A stretch of DNA of 32,000 bases from Candidatus Harpocratesius repetitus. GTDB lineage: Archaea; Asgardarchaeota; Lokiarchaeia; Sigyniarchaeales; Promethearchaeaceae. A model generated the notes under the pieces. The model was not told the origin of the DNA, did not search any database, and saw only the letters and a program-made list of their open reading frames with translations. Each line of letters opens with the position of its first letter. The first letter of the stretch is position 1. The DNA lies in the NCBI GenBank assembly GCA_021498095.1, contig JAIZWK010000001.1:3180001-3212000 (forward strand), given 5' to 3'. A program made the translations under genes and the position numbers. Below, piece after piece: positions 26,195 to 32,000 of the stretch.

Positions 26195-29100
26195 TTACTT
26201 ATTGAAATTATCTATTTTCTTCTTTTTTATCCCTCTTTTTCGTAATTGACAAGTCTCTCCACTTTGCCTTTGAAATTCATGGATTAATCCGATAAGGCTT
26301 ATAAAAGAGAATATTACGCTTGACACAAATATTAAAGGAGAGTATCCCACAATATTTTTCGGTTTTTCATAAATTTTCCACGCTTCTATTAAAAATCCGG
26401 TGTCCAGCATCATTGATATAAAAGAAGAATATTCATATGAACCAATGGAAATTCCTCCGATTACTACCCATGATTTTGTGAGTGTAAATAGCTCGGATTT
26501 CTTATCTCCATCGCAATCTACAGCATAATGCCCAAGTCCTACGTTTTTTAGATTAGAATATTGATAAGTAGCATTCATCCCTTCGTTTCTAATGTAATTG
26601 TTATATGATCTGGCTTGGAATTTTAGGTGATAATAAGCATCATCATTTTCGCCGCTATATTCAAAAATTCTTAATTCTCCGCTATCATAATCGCTCCGAT
26701 GTGCAGTAATCTCCACTTTTCCATCCCCATCAATATCGATAGTTTCAAAATTATTTTTTCCTCTCGCACCCCATTCGCTATGTGTTGATGCGCTATAAAA
26801 ATCGTCTTTCCAAATTAATTCCAAAGAGTTTTTCCCTGTTTCATCATCTTGCACTAATTTCCAAACGCCAAATCCTGATTGTGTGAACTCTGTTTCTTCA
26901 TAATAATGATTTCCTTGGTATTGAATGAAGATTTCATCAGATCCTTTTCCGTCAAAATTACCAAGAGCAATACTATAATATGCCCAGCATTTCCATTCGG
27001 AGAGAGATTGAACCAAGATAGTATTATATTTATGTTGGGCTTCATCGTAATCCATAATTTTAATCGTATCGTATTCAGAAAAAACAACTTCCAATTCTGG
27101 ATCATTATCTAAATTTCCTACATCTGTCCAATAAATAGAACCTAGCTCTGTAGAAGATTCAGATTTACCGATCTCCACAACTTCATATTCATCATCTTTT
27201 TCACCACTTCCTGAAATCATGGTTATTTTTCCACATGAAGCAATGCAGATATCTTGTAATCCATCTTTATCAATATCTTCTTTCCATACAGCTCCTTGAT
27301 GGCTCATACCTCTTACGGGTAATTCAACAGAAGGATCATGCCTAACCATGATCCATTCAGGTAAGCGTTCATCTCCATCACTTTTACCCATATATTCCAT
27401 TACAATAGTTCCTTTATCACTAGTTCCAAAGAAGATTTCAGGTCTTCCATCTCCATCGACATCACCGGGATAAGCGGATGTAAAATTTCTGAGGGGTAAT
27501 AAATAATATGGAAAGTAAAAGTATTGAGTTAAGGGTGTTCCGTCATGATCATAAATCAGTATATGGCTTAGATTAAATTCATAGCCGATATTTAAGTTTC
27601 CTCCTGTAATAATTTCAAGATCAGAATCTCCATCCAAATTTCCTGCTTCAAAAAAGATAGGATTTCCAGGAACTTGAGCAATCCATGGTAATACTAAACT
27701 AGAACCCATCATTTCGTCAGCAATTTCATCCCCTTCGGCTGTTGCTGAAACATATTGAATATTTAATAGCGAATGCGGTACAGACGAAATTGTAATCAAT
27801 GAATTCAAAATAAGCATTACAATTAAGAATTTTTTAAGAAATTTGGATTTGGATCTTTTATGATTTCTCAAGTGAGATAATACTGAATAGGTGTATAATG
27901 CTAAAATTGTCCATATTAGAGTTGCGAGAAATGTGGTATTAGGATATCCAGGAATATTTTTGTTGCTTGATTCGTTCTCAATTTCAAATTCCTTAAAATT
28001 ATCTGAATCTACTGCAAATACTTCGGATCTATTTGATTTAAATTGTCCGTTTATTTGACGAACTGTGTAATAAAATGTAACTTTTTCATTTTCATTTGAT
28101 ATCAAATCTGTCCAGTTTTCATGAAACCATGTACGATTTCCCCTATAGATCACTACGGCATCTTCCATATTTTCATTAGTTGATCGTTCTAATTCGTAGT
28201 ATCCAAAAGGTGTTCCTGTCCAGTATAGTGATACTTCATCATAATAATAATTACTTGGTTTACATAATATTGCGGGATAATTATCAAGATACCATTCAGA
28301 AGTTAATACGTATACTTGTCCAATTATTGGGTCTTCTCCAACCCCGATATCGATTTCAACTCCAGAATACCATGTATCTTGAAAATAAAGTAAACAATCT
28401 TTACCTACGGGGATATTGAGAAATTCTAAATTAAACGGTTGAAGAGACAATTCATCCGTTATGTAATAAATTTTGTCATTATTCGTGGCAACTACAACTT
28501 CATTCTCATTCCAAGCCATGTCAACCATATCTATTCCTAAGTTAATCGGTGTTGTCCAGTCTATTCCATTATTACTTTTTGAAACAGAAATGTTTGTTTG
28601 TCCAATTATTATTCCAATTTCATCCGCTCCTAATTCTGATTTAATTGGAAATAATTTTCCAAGAATTGATGGAATGTAAATTATTTTCTCATTATTAACT
28701 GGATTTGCAGGTTGACCAGATATGTAGAGATAATCTCCCATAAAGAGTGCAGATGTATAATTACCTTTATTACTAAATGTTGTTTCTACGTTAGCCCCAT
28801 TTTCGTTTTCAAGATTTGATACTCTAAAATGATAAAAATCTTGATTTTGAACCGCCAAAACATGGATTTCATTATCAAGTTTTGCAACATAAAAATCCCA
28901 ATATGTTTTCCATTGAATGCTTGATAATTGCACATCTGCTATCATTTCTAAGTCTTCTGTGTATACCACCATTCGTGCATAAGTGCCTAAATTAATTTTT
29001 GCCGTGTGCACAATGTATAAAAGACCATCTATCCAGAAGATTTCTGGATAACTCCAAGTAGAACCCAGTTTTATTGTAGTTCCTTCAGATTTTGTATTAT

Positions 29101-29515
29101 TTGTTCTTGTTAATGTTATATATCCTGTATCGGGTCCAGATCCGCCCCAAACATCTAAAGAAAAGATGTAATTATCAGTTGAAACCCACGCACCATGTCC
29201 TTTCTTAATATTTTCATTCAAAGCAGGAATTTTCATAATACTATTCATTTCATCTGAAACTTTCATCTCTTTCATAACTGAGGAATCTTTAAGGCAATAA
29301 TTATTCCTTTCTACGGTGAAATATGAGTTAGTAGAGTGAAAATTTGTAGATATCGATGTAGTATCATTTTTAAGATTTATAGAATTCTTATATGGATTTT
29401 GTATAGGAACCTGTATTATGCAAAAAATTTCTATAAAGATCAAAAATGCCAGAAAAATTATGCATATACTGCGAAATTTATTATAGGTTCCCTTATTTCG
29501 TTTTAATATATGCAT
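26195..29515 (-). CDS. Large surface protein: signal/TM, probable beta-propeller + FN3-like domain, internal IPGY-TM-basic-TM hairpin, 7 FG-GAP/VCBS-like repeats, C-terminal TM
   Basis: 1106-aa ORF. FN3-like VSLYW...YELERS...YYTVRQ. IPGY at 27944-27955. DxDxDG repeats GNLDGDSD, GDVDGDGR, DIDKDGL, GNLDNDPE, GNFDGKGS, DIDGDGK, DCDGDKK. C-terminal IVGY-TM-basic tail. Confidence 0.85.
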   Translation of the reverse strand: MHILKRNKGTYNKFRSICIIFLAFLIFIEIFCIIQVPIQNPYKNSINLKNDTTSISTNFHSTNSYFTVERNNYCLKDSSVMKEMKVSDEMNSIMKIPALNENIKKGHGAWVSTDNYIFSLDVWGGSGPDTGYITLTRTNNTKSEGTTIKLGSTWSYPEIFWIDGLLYIVHTAKINLGTYARMVVYTEDLEMIADVQLSSIQWKTYWDFYVAKLDNEIHVLAVQNQDFYHFRVSNLENENGANVETTFSNKGNYTSALFMGDYLYISGQPANPVNNEKIIYIPSILGKLFPIKSELGADEIGIIIGQTNISVSKSNNGIDWTTPINLGIDMVDMAWNENEVVVATNNDKIYYITDELSLQPFNLEFLNIPVGKDCLLYFQDTWYSGVEIDIGVGEDPIIGQVYVLTSEWYLDNYPAILCKPSNYYYDEVSLYWTGTPFGYYELERSTNENMEDAVVIYRGNRTWFHENWTDLISNENEKVTFYYTVRQINGQFKSNRSEVFAVDSDNFKEFEIENESSNKNIPGYPNTTFLATLIWTILALYTYSVLSHLRNHKRSKSKFLKKFLIVMLILNSLITISSVPHSLLNIQYVSATAEGDEIADEMMGSSLVLPWIAQVPGNPIFFEAGNLDGDSDLEIITGGNLNIGYEFNLSHILIYDHDGTPLTQYFYFPYYLLPLRNFTSAYPGDVDGDGRPEIFFGTSDKGTIVMEYMGKSDGDERLPEWIMVRHDPSVELPVRGMSHQGAVWKEDIDKDGLQDICIASCGKITMISGSGEKDDEYEVVEIGKSESSTELGSIYWTDVGNLDNDPELEVVFSEYDTIKIMDYDEAQHKYNTILVQSLSEWKCWAYYSIALGNFDGKGSDEIFIQYQGNHYYEETEFTQSGFGVWKLVQDDETGKNSLELIWKDDFYSASTHSEWGARGKNNFETIDIDGDGKVEITAHRSDYDSGELRIFEYSGENDDAYYHLKFQARSYNNYIRNEGMNATYQYSNLKNVGLGHYAVDCDGDKKSELFTLTKSWVVIGGISIGSYEYSSFISMMLDTGFLIEAWKIYEKPKNIVGYSPLIFVSSVIFSFISLIGLIHEFQRQSGETCQLRKRGIKKKKIDNFNK

Positions 29516-29917
29516 TGTTTGTTAACCTACCGTTTTAGGGGTTATATTATTTATTGATTTAAGAATATAAAAAATTTTAAAGATTTTAAAAGAGAAATTA
29601 GAGTTAAGGCTGTTAGTGACAATTTTTTACTGATCAAACTTATTTTCTTCAATTTCTGATATTCATGTGACAAAATATTTGATGAAAGATATCGAAGTAT
29701 AACCTCTGGCACAAAATACTGAAGATAGAATCCATAATATATAAGACATTACAAGTACATTGCGTTTAAGCCAATTCTCATCGAGAACCACCACTATTAC
29801 GTCTTTCAGTAATATTCCTAAAGAAGTAAGGGAATAATTCCCGAATTCGAAATCACAAGAAAATTAACAATAATGCAACAAATTATAGCTAGTAATAGTT
29901 AAATTATTATTGTTTAT

Positions 29918-29936
29918 TTGATATCAATGATATCAT
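29918..29936. promoter_or_regulatory. Tandem palindromic TGATATCA sites overlapping the antitoxin start codon (candidate operator)
   Basis: TTGATATCAA (29918-29927) and ATGATATCAT (29927-29936) are both perfect 10-bp palindromes. Confidence 0.55.
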
Positions 29937-30264
29937 GAATCAAGTCAATTTCCGATTAAAAGAATCTGAACATGAAATTGCGAAAATAATTGCTGAATAC
30001 AATGGTAAATCATTAGCAGAATATGCAAGACAAACCTTACTCACGGATATTCGATCAAAGCGGTGTGATTTGGCATTTAAATTGGTTGAAGAAGGTAAAT
30101 GTGGGATGAAACGAGCATGGAAAATTTCAGGACTTTCTTTTCGTGAATTTTTGATAGAGTGGAATAATCGTAAAGCTTCTGAAAAAATTAGCGATAATTT
30201 ACAAGAAGAACATTGGAACATTGTTCAAAACTTAGATATAAATAAATACTTGCGAACCAAGTGA
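29935..30264 (+). CDS. RHH + UPF0175-like antitoxin
   Basis: MNQVNFRL RHH start, then AFKLVEEGKCGMKRAWKISGLSFREFLIEW (UPF0175 pattern). Paralogous in layout to 22689-23015. Confidence 0.82.
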   Translation: MNQVNFRLKESEHEIAKIIAEYNGKSLAEYARQTLLTDIRSKRCDLAFKLVEEGKCGMKRAWKISGLSFREFLIEWNNRKASEKISDNLQEEHWNIVQNLDINKYLRTK

Positions 30265-30764
30265 AACCGATGCAAATCACTTTTGATACTTGCTTTCTTT
30301 TACGAATTCAAGAAATTGATCAAATTTTGAACTTAAAATTGAAAGAATTATTCGCAGATTTCATTTGGGTTTATTCTGATGAATTATTATTAGAATACAA
30401 AAGACAACAGATTGAAAAATTTCTACCTAAAGATGCAATCTATATTCCACTAACTAAGAAAGAATGGAACTATTATCAAAGTAAATACCCACTTGAATCT
30501 TTTGATTTAGCAGACCAAGAAATCGTAATTCTCGGATTGCGGGATGGAATAACCACAGTAACTGGGGATCGTGATCTATTTCATTTAATTCATGCTCTAA
30601 AATTACCTGTTATTCAAATATGGGCATTTCTCTTAAAATTAGTTGATAATAAAATGTTATCAAAGAATAATATGGCAAAAATCATTAATTATTGGGTAAA
30701 AAGCCACCAATATTCTAAAGGTACGATCAAATTGATGAAAAACATACTTCAAAAAATTTCATAA
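30261..30764 (+). CDS. PIN-domain toxin (VapC/DUF3368-like)
   Basis: ITFDTCFL, LLLEY, DLADQEI, VTGDRDL. 4-nt GTGA overlap with the antitoxin. Confidence 0.82.
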   Translation: MKPMQITFDTCFLLRIQEIDQILNLKLKELFADFIWVYSDELLLEYKRQQIEKFLPKDAIYIPLTKKEWNYYQSKYPLESFDLADQEIVILGLRDGITTVTGDRDLFHLIHALKLPVIQIWAFLLKLVDNKMLSKNNMAKIINYWVKSHQYSKGTIKLMKNILQKIS

Positions 30765-30948
30765 AGGAAATTTTCTTCTTGAGTGAGCTAAACGATGTAA
30801 AAAAACGATTTAAGTTCAAATCTTGGATACGAGAACCAACCTCTGAAATATTTCTATTGCAAAATTTATTTAATTGCTTACTGATTTTTTCTTTGGATTT
30901 CAAAGTAAAATCAATATTTAAATATATAAATATAGATTAAAATATAAT

Positions 30949-31284
30949 ATGGAAAAGAAATTGAAATCTTTGATAGATTCATATTATTCTATAAATCCAA
31001 AAATTGTTACTCCTATTCGCCTTTTAATTCTAAATTTACTTAAATTTCATAAGGATGGGTTACAATTTAGAGAATTTAAAGAGGCGATCCAAATATCTGA
31101 TGGAAATCTTTATTCAAATCTTGAAATATTGAAGGGTTTATCACTAATTAATTCTGAAAAGGTAGATATTGATAATAAATCAATTGAAATATATTCATTG
31201 ACTTCAGAAGGTCTTATTGAATTAAAAAAAACCAATGAATGGTTAAATAACTTACAAGATTTTGGTGATCAAATTGAAAGCTGA
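30949..31284 (+). CDS. Winged-helix (ArsR/MarR-like) transcriptional regulator
   Basis: IRLLILNLL...LQFREFKEAIQISDGNLYSNLEILKGLSLI...IYSLTSEG. Confidence 0.85.
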   Translation: MEKKLKSLIDSYYSINPKIVTPIRLLILNLLKFHKDGLQFREFKEAIQISDGNLYSNLEILKGLSLINSEKVDIDNKSIEIYSLTSEGLIELKKTNEWLNNLQDFGDQIES

Positions 31285-31828
31285 TTATATTAAAATTCTA
31301 AAAGCGATGAAACAATTAGAAATTCCGATAGAAAGACATGAATTAAGAAAAACAAATAGAATCTTTATCCAAAAATTCACATATATTTTAAAGAAACTTG
31401 GATTTGAGTTATCCAGTTATAATGATTACAATTTTTATTTAAATGGAGTATATAGCCCTCATTTAACTCAAGATTATTATCAAATTCCAATTACTTCAGT
31501 TAATGAATCATCAATTTATCTCAGTCAGAGAGAATTAGACATTATAGAAAAATATAGAAACAACATTTTGGAACATCCCTACTTTAAAACTCACAAAATA
31601 GAATTTCATGAAGCCTTAACCACAATTCAATATTTATATGAGAAATATCACGAGTTATCTGAAAAAGAACTATTAATTACTGCTAAAAATTTAAAGAATC
31701 ATTTATCACGGAAAATCTTAGTAATATCTTTGAATGTAATTAAGAAATTGAAATTTCAACAAGATATGGTCACTCCTGATCTGAAGGAAGAATTTGCCCT
31801 TTGGGATTCATTAAACGATGGTGATTGA
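31262..31828 (+). CDS. Panacea/SocA (DUF4065)/YwgA-like putative antitoxin
   Basis: RIFIQKFTYILKKLG...YNFYLNGVYSPHLTQDYY resembles the xQKxxY...Y.xGPyS..L signature. Overlaps the upstream wHTH gene and abuts the downstream toxin. Confidence 0.6.
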   Translation: MVIKLKADYIKILKAMKQLEIPIERHELRKTNRIFIQKFTYILKKLGFELSSYNDYNFYLNGVYSPHLTQDYYQIPITSVNESSIYLSQRELDIIEKYRNNILEHPYFKTHKIEFHEALTTIQYLYEKYHELSEKELLITAKNLKNHLSRKILVISLNVIKKLKFQQDMVTPDLKEEFALWDSLNDGD

Positions 31829-32000
31829 ATGGTAAATTTATTTAAAAAAGAGATATGGAAGATAAATCTTCAGATGGGTTCTCAATCTATAATTGGTCAT
31901 GAGCAAGGTGCTACAAGACCTTGTGTAATAATGAAAGTATTACCTGCAGTTCAATTAGCAACAGTAATTCCATTAACTCGTACTTTAAGTATATTAAGAT
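31829..32000 (+). CDS. MazF/PemK-family endoribonuclease toxin (5' part, truncated by the window edge); not in the ORF track
   Basis: ATG directly after the TGA of the previous gene. MVNLFKKEIWKINLQMGSQSIIGHEQGATRPCVIMKVLPAVQLATVIPLTRT matches the EIW..L....GHEQ..RP.V....V.PLT pattern. Confidence 0.85.
   Translation, partial: MVNLFKKEIWKINLQMGSQSIIGHEQGATRPCVIMKVLPAVQLATVIPLTRTLSILR

Noticed and set aside
476-29000. Short ORFs in the track that lie inside or antisense to long genes (e.g. 476-727, 703-900, 955-1146, 1320-1622, 3200-3574, 10440-10896, 14578-15811, 18191-18397, 23439-23675, 25504-25988, 26854-28679)
   Set aside because: They overlap well-supported genes and show no recognisable motifs; expected shadow ORFs.
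30779-30940. 53-aa TTG-start ORF between the TA modules
   Set aside because: No motif, and its 3' half overlaps the likely promoter of the wHTH gene.
1-32000. rRNA, tRNA, transposase or integrase genes
   Set aside because: No long GC-rich structured segments, DDE or tyrosine-recombinase motifs, or terminal inverted repeats were seen.

Overview
AT-rich archaeal DNA, most consistent with an Asgard (Lokiarchaeia/Promethearchaeota-like) chromosome. This assignment is inferred from a eukaryote-like Snf7/ESCRT-III gene, an archaeal-type 3-dehydroquinate synthase II, IPGY-type C-terminal sorting signals, and LRR/HEAT proteins. Metabolic genes are queE, pyk, aroB' (DHQS II), a bacterial-style metF / MetH-activation-domain / metH block, a secreted GH13 amylopullulanase, hsp20 and a GNAT. 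Features absent from the supplied ORF track were read directly from the sequence: a C/D-box sRNA (12608-12670), a 42-aa zinc-ribbon microprotein 4 nt after the ESCRT-III gene, a MazF/PemK toxin start at the right edge, several gene remnants and several palindromic operator candidates. The most unusual items are (1) a 2037-aa protein joining a multi-pass membrane domain, a ~1000-aa HEAT solenoid and a CTL/SLC44-like membrane domain, (2) the orphan ESCRT-III + Zn-microprotein pair, (3) an 1106-aa surface protein that looks like two sorting-signal-terminated proteins in one chain, and (4) three toxin-antitoxin-like modules, including wHTH + Panacea-like + MazF. No rRNA, tRNA, CRISPR array or transposase was seen. 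All family assignments come from motif recognition by eye; no database searches were run.
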